Shown: piece by piece, positions 7,879 to 17,489 of the stretch
Layout: each line of letters starts with the position of its first letter
Numbering within the stretch: the stretch's first letter is position 1
From: Nitrospina sp.
Lineage (GTDB): Bacteria > Nitrospinota > Nitrospinia > Nitrospinales > VA-1
Assembly (NCBI GenBank): GCA_018653085.1
Contig: JABIAY010000057.1
Location: 3,198-67,197 of the forward strand
Length of the DNA stretch: 64,000 nucleotides
Direction of reading: 5' to 3'
Notes under the pieces: model-generated
Told to the model about the DNA's origin: nothing
What the model saw: only the letters and a program-made list of their open reading frames with translations
The model's database searches: none
Program-made: the position numbers and the translations under genes

Positions 7879-8256
7879 ATGGGGTATGAAGGGAAAAAAG
7901 TGCTGGTGGTCGATGACTCAGCCGTAATGCGGCAAATTATTAAAAAGAACTTGAAGGAATTGGGTTTTGCCGATCTTACCGAGGCCGAGGATGGGGCTGC
8001 AGGTCTGAAAAAAGCCGGCGAAGCGCCACTGGACCTGATTGTGTCGGATTGGAATATGCCAAATATGACGGGTTTGGAATTCTTAAAAGCCGTTCGCGCC
8101 GATGATAGTTTAAAGGGGATTGCCTTTATTATGGTCACTTCCGAAGCAGATAAGGAAAAGATCATGGAAGCTGTACAGGCTGGTGTCAGTCAGTATATCG
8201 TGAAGCCCTTTAACGCGGTTCAGTTGGAAGAAAAAATTAAGGCAATAAAATTCTAA
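7879..8256 (+). CDS. cheY: Chemotaxis response regulator CheY
   Basis: This is a single receiver domain with the motifs KVLVVDDSAVMR, DLIVSDWNMPNMTGLEFL and YIVKPF. It is the first gene of the che cluster. Confidence 0.9.
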   Translation: MGYEGKKVLVVDDSAVMRQIIKKNLKELGFADLTEAEDGAAGLKKAGEAPLDLIVSDWNMPNMTGLEFLKAVRADDSLKGIAFIMVTSEADKEKIMEAVQAGVSQYIVKPFNAVQLEEKIKAIKF

Positions 8257-8321
8257 ACTTAGAGATGTTTAAGGTTACTTAGTGGAACCAGGATTTCATT
8301 CCAAAAGAAGAGGAACTATTC

Positions 8322-8840
8322 ATGGCAACAATTAATTTCAGCGATGGGAAAATGCCGAGTGTGTTGACGGATGTGAGCCGGGACTCGATACTGTCCATAT
8401 TCAACACAATTTTCGGAGCGGAGCCCAAGTTTGAAGGTGGCGAGAATGGGAAAAGTCTCGGGGATGGAGTGGTGGGAATCATTTCGTTCATGGGGGATGT
8501 GAACTATATCATCATGCTGGCTCTTCCCAAAGATTCGGCAATTGCCATGGCTTCCAAGTTTTGTGGTTTTGACATAGATTATGACAGCCCTGATATGGGG
8601 GATGTGGTTGGAGAACTGGCAAATGTTTTAGCCGGGGATATTGTTGCCAGGATGTCCAAGGAAGATTTTAAAGTAACCATGTCATTGCCAACGATCATGC
8701 GTGGTCACGATGTAGAACCCTTGCTACCCAGAGGCCTGCCTTTAGAGAAGCTCAGCTTTTCAATGGCAGAGGGACATTTCATGCTGAAGGTGGCTGGAGC
8801 TAAATCGGGGGAACTGGTTGGTAGAAAGCCGGGAAGTTGA
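8322..8840 (+). CDS. cheX: CheY-P phosphatase of the CheX/CheC family
   Basis: The D-x3-E-x2-N active-site motif is present (GDVVGELANVLAG). Size is about 170 aa, and the gene lies between cheY and cheA. Confidence 0.75.
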   Translation: MATINFSDGKMPSVLTDVSRDSILSIFNTIFGAEPKFEGGENGKSLGDGVVGIISFMGDVNYIIMLALPKDSAIAMASKFCGFDIDYDSPDMGDVVGELANVLAGDIVARMSKEDFKVTMSLPTIMRGHDVEPLLPRGLPLEKLSFSMAEGHFMLKVAGAKSGELVGRKPGS

Positions 8841-8921
8841 GTTTTTCCCAAGAGAAAATTAGTGCTGAATTAGGGTTCCCCTTTTGAATTATTAAAAGCC
8901 TGTCGAACTGAGGTCATATAA

Positions 8922-11762
8922 ATGAACGATTCAAATAAAGAAGAACCGGTTGCTCCTGACCCGACTGATGGTAGCGAATCAGATCAGGGTGACGGAATGG
9001 GTGAAATCGTCAATGAGTTCCTGGTCGAAAGCTATGAAAACCTGGACCAGTTGGACCAAGATCTGGTTGATTTGGAGCAGGACCCTGGTGACATAAACAT
9101 TCTCTCCAGCATTTTCAGGACCATCCATACCATAAAAGGCACCTGTGGCTTCATCGGTTTCAACAAACTGGAATCTGTGGCGCATATTGGTGAAAACCTG
9201 TTGGGGAAGTTGCGGGATGGCGAACTGAAATTGAGTCCCGCCCGAACCAGTGCTCTTCTGGCTATGGTGGATGCCATTCGTCAGATGCTTTCCTGCATCG
9301 AAAATGATCAAAATGAAGGCAGTGTGGATTATTCCGGTCTGGTTGAAACTTTGACCCGGTTGCAAACGGATGATGGAGCGGCCGAGGCAGTTCCCCCTGT
9401 TGCGGAAACGAAGGAAGAAGTTGCTGTCGAAACGAAACAGGAAGAACCGGCTCCTGAACCTGTCAAGCCTTCTGCTGAAATTGACGAGGATATGGAACCT
9501 ATCGTCAACGAGTTTCTGGTAGAGAGTTATGAGAATCTGGATCGCCTTGATAAAGACCTCATTGAACTGGAGCAGGACCCCGGCAATACAGAAATCCTTT
9601 CCAGCATTTTCAGGACCATCCATACCATAAAAGGTACCTGCGGTTTTATTGGCTTGCACAAACTGGAAAGAGTTGCCCATGTTGGAGAAAACCTGTTGGG
9701 TAAACTTCGGGATGGTGATCTGGCTTTGAATCCTCCAAGAACCAGTGCCCTGTTGGCAATGGTGGATGCTATCCGGCAAATGCTGGACTGTATTGAGAAG
9801 GATCGTGACGAAGGGGATGTGGACTATTCAAAACTGGTGGATACCCTGGGTAAACTGCTGACCGATGCAGGTTGTGCCGAAGTGGCAACTTCCGCACCTG
9901 CTTCCAAGCCTGCGGAAGAGAAAAAAGAAGAGCCCAAAAAATTCGTTGCCGCAGAGGATAAAAAGGATCGCAGGAAGGCTCCTTCGGCGGAAGAGGCAGA
10001 ACATATAGCCAAGAATGGAGACAAACGCGCTACTACAGACCGGCGTAAAGAAACCCGGGGTGTGGCGGATTCCAGCATTCGTGTGGATGTGGATATCCTC
10101 GATCGGCTGATGAATCTTGTTGGGGAACTGGTTCTGGCTAGAAACCAGATACTGCAATATGCTCCCGCCAAGAGCGACTCTTCGTTTATTGCAACCAGCC
10201 AGCATTTGAACCTGGTTACTACGGAATTGCAGGAAGGTGTCATGAAAACCCGGATGCAACCCATTGGCAATATCTGGAGCAAGTTTCCCCGTGTTGTTCG
10301 GGATCTTTCCATGGCCGTTGGTAAAAAGATTCGCCTGGAGATGGAAGGCAAGGAGACGGAACTGGACAAGACGCTGATCGAAGCGATCAAAGATCCTCTG
10401 ACACATATTGTCAGGAACTCCTGCGACCATGGAATAGAATCTCCCGAAAAACGTTTGGAAAATGGCAAGGATGAAGAGGGTGTTTTGTTATTGCGCGCTT
10501 TCCACGAGGGAGGACAGGTCAATATTGAGATCATTGATGATGGTGGCGGGATTGATCCTGAGAAAATTAAAAAGATAGCTCTTAGTAAAAATGTTATCAC
10601 GCAGGAACAGGCGGACAGAATGGGTGATCAGGAACTGGTCAACCTTATTTTTGCCGCCGGATTTTCTACTGCCGAAAAGGTGACCAATGTGTCCGGACGG
10701 GGCGTGGGCATGGATGTGGTTCGTACCAATATTGAGAAAATTGGTGGAACCGTAGTTATTAATAGCTTTCCCGGAAAAGGCACGACCTTGCGAGTCAAGA
10801 TTCCTCTTACTCTGGCAATCATTCCGGCTCTGATTATCACCACTGCCGGGGAACGTTACGCCATTCCGCAGGTGAACCTGCTTGAACTGGTTCGTCTTGA
10901 CGGGGAGGAGGCCAAGAAGTCTGTTGAACAGATTCAGGGTGCTCCGGTTTATCGCTTGCGCGGTAACCTGCTTCCTTTGGTTTCCCTCAATGATGCGTTG
11001 AAGATAGAAGAGGAAGAAGAAAGCGAGGCTATTAATATCGTTGTTCTGCATGCAGACGACCGCCAGTTTGGTCTGGTGGTTGAAGGAATCAGCGATACCG
11101 AGGAAATTGTGGTCAAGCCGCTGAGTAAACAGCTCAAAGGTATCTCCGCATTTTCAGGGGCAACCATAATGGGGGATGGAAAACTGGCATTGATTCTAGA
11201 TGTCATGGGGCTTGCCCAAAAATCCAGCGTTATTTCCGGTCATCAGGATAAGAGTCTCGCCAAAGCGGCATCAGCCCAGGGAGACGCAGGTGATCGTCAA
11301 ACCCTGCTCATCTTTGGTCTGGAGGCAGATGATCGCATGGCGATACCGTTGTCTGAGGTTGCACGTCTGGAAGAATTTAAACGCTCAGAAGTTGAGCAAT
11401 CGGGTGAACAGGATGTGGTGCAGTATCGTGGAGAAATTATGCCTCTGGTTTACCTTAAAAAGGTTCTGCATGGAGATTCCCAGCAGGAAGATTCCCCACA
11501 GGAAGATGCTGATACGGAATTGATGCAGTCTATTGTTTTCACCAAGGATGGCAGGAGCGTTGGGCTGGTCGTTGAGCGCATCGTCGATATTGTGGAAGAA
11601 TCGGTAACGGTTAAACGCGGGGCCAACCGCCCTGGGGTACTGGGAACCATTGTTGTGCAAGATCGGGTGACCGACCTTCTTGACATTGAAAGTGTGGTTG
11701 CATCTGCCGACCCTAGTTTCCTGGTTGATACACAAAGTGTTGCATTATTAGAGGAGGCTTGA
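8922..11762 (+). CDS. cheA: Chemotaxis histidine kinase CheA with two Hpt (P1) domains and two C-terminal CheW-like domains
   Basis: Two near-identical Hpt domains each carry FRTIHTIKGTCGF. They are followed by a dimerisation region, an HATPase_c domain (DDGGGID, GRGVGMD) and two CheW-like modules (ERYAIPQVNLLELV... and DRMAIPLSEVARLEEF...). Confidence 0.95.
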   Translation: MNDSNKEEPVAPDPTDGSESDQGDGMGEIVNEFLVESYENLDQLDQDLVDLEQDPGDINILSSIFRTIHTIKGTCGFIGFNKLESVAHIGENLLGKLRDGELKLSPARTSALLAMVDAIRQMLSCIENDQNEGSVDYSGLVETLTRLQTDDGAAEAVPPVAETKEEVAVETKQEEPAPEPVKPSAEIDEDMEPIVNEFLVESYENLDRLDKDLIELEQDPGNTEILSSIFRTIHTIKGTCGFIGLHKLERVAHVGENLLGKLRDGDLALNPPRTSALLAMVDAIRQMLDCIEKDRDEGDVDYSKLVDTLGKLLTDAGCAEVATSAPASKPAEEKKEEPKKFVAAEDKKDRRKAPSAEEAEHIAKNGDKRATTDRRKETRGVADSSIRVDVDILDRLMNLVGELVLARNQILQYAPAKSDSSFIATSQHLNLVTTELQEGVMKTRMQPIGNIWSKFPRVVRDLSMAVGKKIRLEMEGKETELDKTLIEAIKDPLTHIVRNSCDHGIESPEKRLENGKDEEGVLLLRAFHEGGQVNIEIIDDGGGIDPEKIKKIALSKNVITQEQADRMGDQELVNLIFAAGFSTAEKVTNVSGRGVGMDVVRTNIEKIGGTVVINSFPGKGTTLRVKIPLTLAIIPALIITTAGERYAIPQVNLLELVRLDGEEAKKSVEQIQGAPVYRLRGNLLPLVSLNDALKIEEEEESEAINIVVLHADDRQFGLVVEGISDTEEIVVKPLSKQLKGISAFSGATIMGDGKLALILDVMGLAQKSSVISGHQDKSLAKAASAQGDAGDRQTLLIFGLEADDRMAIPLSEVARLEEFKRSEVEQSGEQDVVQYRGEIMPLVYLKKVLHGDSQQEDSPQEDADTELMQSIVFTKDGRSVGLVVERIVDIVEESVTVKRGANRPGVLGTIVVQDRVTDLLDIESVVASADPSFLVDTQSVALLEEA

Positions 11763-11763
11763 C

Positions 11764-12204
11764 ATGACTGAGCAAAAACAATTTTGTACTTTCTATCTCG
11801 ACAACCATATGTTTGGGGTGAAAGTTGAACAGGTTCAGGAGGTTTTTCGTTACCAGGCGATGACTAAAGTTCCTCTGGCACCTCCCGAAGTGCGTGGGCT
11901 GATCAATCTGCGTGGTCAAATTATCACGGCCCTTGATCTAAGGCGGCGGTTAGGTATGGAAGTCCGGTCTGAAGACAAGTTGCCCATGAATGTGGTGGTG
12001 AGAACGGAAGATGGGGTAGTGAGTCTTCTGGTTGATGAAATCGGAGATGTGCTGGAAGTGTCCGAAGATGTTCATGAACGACCGCCTGAAACCGTCCCTG
12101 AAGGGGTAAGGAAACTGGTGCTGGGTGTCTATAAATTGGAAGGCAAGTTGCTGTTGATTTTGGATTCTGAAAAAGCAGTGGATGTTGGTCACGCAGTAGC
12201 CTGA
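11764..12204 (+). CDS. cheW: Chemotaxis coupling protein CheW
   Basis: It has a CheW-like domain (FCTFYLDNHMFGVKVEQVQEV...GLINLRGQIITALDLRRRLG). The start lies 2 nt after the cheA stop. Confidence 0.9.
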   Translation: MTEQKQFCTFYLDNHMFGVKVEQVQEVFRYQAMTKVPLAPPEVRGLINLRGQIITALDLRRRLGMEVRSEDKLPMNVVVRTEDGVVSLLVDEIGDVLEVSEDVHERPPETVPEGVRKLVLGVYKLEGKLLLILDSEKAVDVGHAVA

Positions 12205-12213
12205 ACCCAACGG

Positions 12214-13305
12214 TTATATCCGCCCCACTTTCAATTTTGCGATGATTTTTTGCCCAACCTGGTTGAGCGGCAGAACTTCATCTGCCAGACCAGCCCGAGC
12301 GACAAAGCCGGGCATTCCCCATACCACGCTACTTTGTTCGTCCTGAACAATCACCTGGCCTCCTGCCTGCTTGATTTGTTCACAGCCTCTAAGGCCGTCC
12401 TGACCCATCCCTGTCAAAATAACCGCTAAGGTTTTGGCACCATAAATTTCCACGACAGATCGAAATAAAGGATCTACCGCAGGCCGGCAGGAATTTTCCT
12501 GAGGGTCCTGATTCGTTTGCAGATAAACCCCAGCTCCCTTTTTTTCAAGAACCATATGGTAGTCTCCCGGCGCGATCCAGGCTTTTCCCGGCTCGAGTTT
12601 TTCACCGGCTTTTCCTTCCTGAACTTCCAGCGGAGATTTCGCTGTCAGTCGTTCTGCAAGGAGCTTGGTGAAAAAGGGTGGCATATGTTGCACCAGAACT
12701 ATTGGCACAGGCAGATCACCCGGAAGAGTAGGGAAGAGCTCTGCCAGGGCATTGGGTCCGCCAGTGGAAACGCCGATTGCGAGAATATCGAATTTCTGGT
12801 TCGGGGACGCTTTGGCAAAAGAGGGTTTTACGGTTGGGGTGCCTGCTTTAGCGGCAGGTTTTGGAACGATAACCGATGAAGTTTGCAACCCCGCTTTTTT
12901 CGCACAAAATATTTTGATCTTGGGGATCAGTTCGTCTCGTATCCTTTGCATGGCAACCGATACGCTTCCCACATTTGCGGGTTTGGTGACATAATCCGTA
13001 GCCCCAAGAGCTAAAGCTTCCAAAGTTTTTGCCCCACCCCTCTCCGTAAGGGTGCTGAACATAATGATGGGTAAGGTGGGGTAGAGTTTTCGCGCTTCGG
13101 CGAGGGTTTCAAGCCCATCCATTTCTGGCATTTCAATATCCAGAGTCAGGATGTCGGGATTGATTTGTGGGATCTTTTGTAAGGCGATTTTACCGTTGGC
13201 GGCGGTAGCCACTACTTCAATATCAGGGTCGCCACTTAGCGTGTCGGTAACAATTTTCCTGACAACTACCGCATCGTCAACAACGAGTACCCTGATTTTT
13301 CGCAT
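12214..13305 (-). CDS. cheB: Chemotaxis protein-glutamate methylesterase CheB (receiver + methylesterase)
   Basis: It has an N-terminal receiver domain (IRVLVVDDAVVVR, DILTLDIEMPEMDG) and a CheB catalytic domain (AIGVSTGGPNAL, HMPPFFT, GMGQDG). It is convergent with cheW. Confidence 0.95.
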   Translation of the reverse strand: MRKIRVLVVDDAVVVRKIVTDTLSGDPDIEVVATAANGKIALQKIPQINPDILTLDIEMPEMDGLETLAEARKLYPTLPIIMFSTLTERGGAKTLEALALGATDYVTKPANVGSVSVAMQRIRDELIPKIKIFCAKKAGLQTSSVIVPKPAAKAGTPTVKPSFAKASPNQKFDILAIGVSTGGPNALAELFPTLPGDLPVPIVLVQHMPPFFTKLLAERLTAKSPLEVQEGKAGEKLEPGKAWIAPGDYHMVLEKKGAGVYLQTNQDPQENSCRPAVDPLFRSVVEIYGAKTLAVILTGMGQDGLRGCEQIKQAGGQVIVQDEQSSVVWGMPGFVARAGLADEVLPLNQVGQKIIAKLKVGRI

Positions 13306-13533
13306 GGCAAAATTAGAAAAACTGGCGAGAGTTTATTGAAAGTTTTGTAAGGCCAAAAAAAACAACATTTTCTAGTGATAACTTTAACCCAAAAGTGTTT
13401 GAATATCCAGTGGAATCCTGAATGCAAACCGTCTATGCCCGTTCCGATATAAGCTTCTACCCCGCAAGGTTGAAACGTTTAGAGGATTAAAGCTGTGTAT
13501 ACTGATGCGACTAACCAATTAGGAGGGTTTACG

Positions 13534-14058
13534 ATGGAAAACTGGTTGATGCTGACACTGGTAGGTAAGGATCGGCCCGGAATTGTTGCCAAAATCAGCC
13601 AGGCTTTATTTGATTTGAGTGGAAACCTTGGGGAAGCATCGATGACCCGCCTTGGCGGCAATTTTACCATCATGCTTATGGTCTGTGTTCAGGAAAAGAA
13701 ATCCGCTGTGCAGGAAAAACTCCAACCTGTATGTGATGAGATGGAACTTTTTTTTCATTTGGATGAGATAGAGGGTAGGTTGCACCAGCATATCGAACCG
13801 GATGTTCGAATCAGTATTCATGGTGCCGACCAGGCCGGTATCGTTGCCCGTGCCACCAGTGCTTTGAGCAAAGCCGGGTTGAATATTCTCAACCTTGAGT
13901 CGGACGTAGGAGGGCACCCGGACAGCCCTGTTTATGTCATGCATATCGAGGGTGTTGCCAGTAAGGGATTAGAAATTCTGGATCAAGCTCTGCAAACATT
14001 GTCGCGTGAAAACGATGTGGTGGCCCGTATGACCCCTATTGATACCATGGTCGGATAA
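13534..14058 (+). CDS. Tandem ACT-domain protein (GcvR-like regulatory protein)
   Basis: Two ACT-like modules are present (LTLVGKDRPGIVAKISQALF... and ISIHGADQAGIVARATSALS...). ATG 13534 follows an AGGAGGG SD and is preferred over GTG 13495. Confidence 0.7.
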   Translation: MENWLMLTLVGKDRPGIVAKISQALFDLSGNLGEASMTRLGGNFTIMLMVCVQEKKSAVQEKLQPVCDEMELFFHLDEIEGRLHQHIEPDVRISIHGADQAGIVARATSALSKAGLNILNLESDVGGHPDSPVYVMHIEGVASKGLEILDQALQTLSRENDVVARMTPIDTMVG

Positions 14059-14060
14059 CC

Positions 14061-14564
14061 ATGGCCCATCTGAATATTCTGCTTTATCCGGATGAAAGAC
14101 TGAAGCAAGCCTCTCAGCCTGTAAAAGAGTTTTCTGAAGACCTTAAGAGTTTTATACATGATCTTGAAAAAACCTTTCGCTCTTTTCCAGGGTGCGTGGG
14201 AATCGCGGCTCCTCAGGTGGGTCGGTTTGAAAGAATTGTTCTGGTAGATATTTCCCACAAACCTCAGCATGCGAATCATGGATTTTTGGTGTTGATAAAT
14301 CCTGAAATCACGTTTTTTGAAGGAAGAAGTATTGGCAGGGAAGGTTGCCTCTCGGTTCCTGATTATACCGGTAAAGTAGAGCGGGCCAAATCTATCAGTC
14401 TGGAAGCTCTGAACGAAAACGGCGAAAAACAGGTGTTCCAAATGTCAGGTTACGAAGCCCGTGCGGTTCAGCACGAGATTGACCATTTGGACGGAAAGCT
14501 GTTTCTGGACCGGTTGGTCAGCAGGCGAAATGCCTTGAACAAAAGGGCAGAGATTTCTATTTAA
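14061..14564 (+). CDS. def: Peptide deformylase
   Basis: All three deformylase motifs are present: GIAAPQVG, EGCLS and HEIDHLDG. Confidence 0.95.
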   Translation: MAHLNILLYPDERLKQASQPVKEFSEDLKSFIHDLEKTFRSFPGCVGIAAPQVGRFERIVLVDISHKPQHANHGFLVLINPEITFFEGRSIGREGCLSVPDYTGKVERAKSISLEALNENGEKQVFQMSGYEARAVQHEIDHLDGKLFLDRLVSRRNALNKRAEISI

Positions 14565-14583
14565 TGTGAAAAGGAGTCTTGCT

Positions 14584-15687
14584 TTATTGGCCTATGGGAA
14601 GTGTAAGGAGCGGGGCATTGTCTTTGATCTTGCCTGCCTGTAATGAAAAAATCTGAGCCAGAAGGGAAAATGTGGACTTGGATGACAAATCCGCATCATC
14701 AATATAAAACCAGGCTCCGCGATAAAAAATAACCATGAAACCCGCTTCCGGGCTTTCGGGGAGAGAACGAATCCTCAACAAGTCACCAGTCACTTCCTTC
14801 CAATCAAAAGTATTTCCGGCTGGCGTTTTTGTACGGGTTACCTTGCCTTGCAAAACATCCTGACTGGGAACCTCAACTGCCTGAGAAAGATAAAATAGTA
14901 TTCCTAAAAGAGAACGAGTCACGACCCGGATCTGGTCTGTCGCATTAAAATCAGGTGAAAAAGTCAGCACGTAGCGGGTTTTCCCAGGCTCTACATTCAT
15001 CGCAAGGGCAAACTGTTTTGCCTCTTCCCGATTTTTATCCTCTTCGTTTATATGCAGAAGTAATTGCGGCATTCCATTGGACTCGTAATAAGACAAGCTT
15101 ATGGCTCCTTGAACTTGTAACGCCCGCAAAAATTTTACAGCCGATGCGAAGCCTTTAAATTTTGGGGCAAGGCTGGGGGTCGGGCCTGATGCGCTGGGAG
15201 CATTTTTTTGGGAGTTCATCTGTTGAAAACATAAACGGAAAATTCTCTCTATGCTCCAGCCGGAATGAAATAGAAGTGCGATGGTCTGTAGGGGCAGGGG
15301 TGATAACACGCGTTGTATGAAATTGTCTCCCTGCAAGGGGGAATAGGTCACGGTTGGTTTTTCGGTCACTCCCATGCTTCCTCCTAATCCAAAGAGCCCG
15401 CTGACACCATTCTGCAAAGTGGCACTGGCATTGGCGGTGGTCGACAAGGTGAACTGGGATGCCACACTGCTGACTTCCATGAAAAACGGGGTGTCCCGGT
15501 ATTTGAGCCGGACCAGATTGAGCAAAAGTTGTTCGTCATTGGTTTTTTGAATCGCGAGATTGTAATTACTTCTTTCGCTTTTTAAAGTTGTTGGGCCCAG
15601 GTTCGCGCAACCCATGAATGACAACAGGAAAAGAGCGATTAGGCAAAGAGGTAATGAAATATTTGAAGAGAAATAACGCGAGTTCAT
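14584..15687 (-). CDS. Hypothetical lipoprotein
   Basis: ATG 15687 gives MNSRYFSSNISLPLCLIALFLLSFMGC, with a lipobox (FMGC). The longer ORF to 15789 would overlap the upstream mscS-like gene. Confidence 0.6.
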   Translation of the reverse strand: MNSRYFSSNISLPLCLIALFLLSFMGCANLGPTTLKSERSNYNLAIQKTNDEQLLLNLVRLKYRDTPFFMEVSSVASQFTLSTTANASATLQNGVSGLFGLGGSMGVTEKPTVTYSPLQGDNFIQRVLSPLPLQTIALLFHSGWSIERIFRLCFQQMNSQKNAPSASGPTPSLAPKFKGFASAVKFLRALQVQGAISLSYYESNGMPQLLLHINEEDKNREEAKQFALAMNVEPGKTRYVLTFSPDFNATDQIRVVTRSLLGILFYLSQAVEVPSQDVLQGKVTRTKTPAGNTFDWKEVTGDLLRIRSLPESPEAGFMVIFYRGAWFYIDDADLSSKSTFSLLAQIFSLQAGKIKDNAPLLTLPIGQ

Positions 15688-15706
15688 AAAAAAATCAGTA
15701 TCGGGT

Positions 15707-16774
15707 TTACGAATTTTCCAATATATCTTGATTTGCCAAATGAATGGTTGAAGTGGGGAATGCCACCTCTGCTCCATTTTGTTCAACAATTTTCAGGATA
15801 TTTAAAAGGATGTCCTGCTTGACGGTGTGATACTTTTCCCAATCCTTTGTTTTGGTAAACGTATAGATGAAAAAATCAAGCGAGGAGGGTGCAAAACTAT
15901 TGAAGTTGACCATCAATGTGTTTTCGGTATTAATTTCAGGATGATTTTTTAACATTTCTTTAGTCTGACTGGTGATCATTTCCATTTTATCTGCATCACT
16001 ATAGCGAATTCCGATGGTTTCCTTGATTCTTCGGCTCAGCATACGTGAGGGGTTCTCCACAGCGACTTGCGAAAAAACCGAGTTTGGAATATACAGAGGC
16101 CGCTTGTCGAAGGTTCTTATCAAGGTGACCCTCCAACCTATTTTTTCGACAATACCTTCCATTTCCCGGTCGGGAGAGCGGACCCAGTCCCCCACCGCGA
16201 AAGGTCGATCCAAATAGATAAAGAGTCCGCCGAAGAAATTTGACAGTAGGTCTTTGGCCGCAAAGCCCACGGCTATACCGCCAACCCCTCCAAAAGCCAG
16301 CACGCCGGAAATGCTAAATCCGAGTGTTTGCAATATCATTAAGACGGCTGTGATGACGACGGATATGCGAGCCAGCTTGGACAACGCATCCAGGGTTGTG
16401 GGGTCAATCTCTTTGTCGGTTTTTAGATAATTCTCTTCGGCTTGCTGGATGGTAAGAACTAAAAGCCCGGCCAGGGCGGCAATGATAACCGCGTCGCGCA
16501 AGGGGGGGAGGGCTTCCAGAATCACTGCTCCGGTAGCCTTATGAATGATCTCGCTGGCGAAGGCGATTCCCGTTACCCAGATAATGGCACTTAGAGGCCG
16601 GGGAATGGAAAGGAGAAGCGCGTCATCCCATTTGTTCTGGGTGCGTTCCGCTTTTTTCGCTAAGGTCCCAAAAATTTTCTTCTGGAATAAATCCGCAACC
16701 AGTGCCACGAATATGACCAGAAATGCCTGGAATACGTATACGTTGTTCTGGGTTAACAGTTGATCGAAATCCAC
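15707..16774 (-). CDS. Mechanosensitive ion channel (MscS family)
   Basis: TM helices are followed by the MscS beta-domain signature (LSNFFGGLFIYLDRPFAVGDWV...GIVEKIGWRVTLIRTFDKRPLYIPNS). Confidence 0.9.
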   Translation of the reverse strand: MDFDQLLTQNNVYVFQAFLVIFVALVADLFQKKIFGTLAKKAERTQNKWDDALLLSIPRPLSAIIWVTGIAFASEIIHKATGAVILEALPPLRDAVIIAALAGLLVLTIQQAEENYLKTDKEIDPTTLDALSKLARISVVITAVLMILQTLGFSISGVLAFGGVGGIAVGFAAKDLLSNFFGGLFIYLDRPFAVGDWVRSPDREMEGIVEKIGWRVTLIRTFDKRPLYIPNSVFSQVAVENPSRMLSRRIKETIGIRYSDADKMEMITSQTKEMLKNHPEINTENTLMVNFNSFAPSSLDFFIYTFTKTKDWEKYHTVKQDILLNILKIVEQNGAEVAFPTSTIHLANQDILENS

Positions 16775-16909
16775 CGTTCACTTCCTTTCCGTAAAGCCAT
16801 TGTCGGTGCTGAAAGTAACATACTTCAAGGGGTGAGGTATATTAAATACTAATTCGTTGATTATTGGTTTGAGTTTATGTAATGTTTCCAAATACTGCTT
16901 TTCAAGACT

Positions 16910-17314
16910 TTGAGGTTTGCCGTGGATCAGGTTAGTGAGTACATGGTAAAGGTTGTGAGGGATATTGATGTGGAGGCCTCTGTAAGGGATGCGGCGGAAA
17001 AACTGGGCTCTTTAGGGATCGGTTCGTTGCTGGTGAAAAAGGATAACGAGTACGTGGGAATGGTCTCGGAAATGGAAATTACCCGCCAGTCGGTGGCGAA
17101 AAACCTTGATTCAAACAGTGCCAAGGTTGGCGATATATTTAATCCCGATATTGACTATATCGGTCAGGAAGAAACCATGTCCCGTGCTATTGCCATAATG
17201 AGGGAGAAAAAACTCCGTTACCTTGTAGTCAGGGATGGAAAAACCGTGACGGGAATTCTTTCGGTAAAAGATCTGCTGACCTATTATGAAAAGTGGTTCC
17301 AATTAATCCTTTAA
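16910..17314 (+). CDS. CBS-pair domain protein
   Basis: It has two CBS motifs (VSEYMVKVVRDIDVEASV...LLV and IGQEETMSRAIAIMREKKLRYLVV). The start is uncertain: TTG 16910 or GTG 16922. Confidence 0.75.
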   Translation: MRFAVDQVSEYMVKVVRDIDVEASVRDAAEKLGSLGIGSLLVKKDNEYVGMVSEMEITRQSVAKNLDSNSAKVGDIFNPDIDYIGQEETMSRAIAIMREKKLRYLVVRDGKTVTGILSVKDLLTYYEKWFQLIL

Positions 17315-17489
17315 AAAACATAAAAAAACGCCCCGCTTTTGCAAGCGGAGCGTCATTGAAGCACAGGAGCTTCCGTTAACTTGTGGTTAACAAATTACTC
17401 CGGAAGCTCCCCAGATACTTTCATAGATCACGGGATCACCTCCTTCTCAGGGGGGTGGTATTACAGTGCCATAGGTTTCCCTGTTAAAC

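Noticed and set aside
17431-17450. GGATCACCTCCTT on the + strand, identical to the 3' end of 16S rRNA
   Set aside because: Only about 13 nt match and there is no rRNA-like flanking sequence. Its complement is simply a perfect Shine-Dalgarno on the minus strand.
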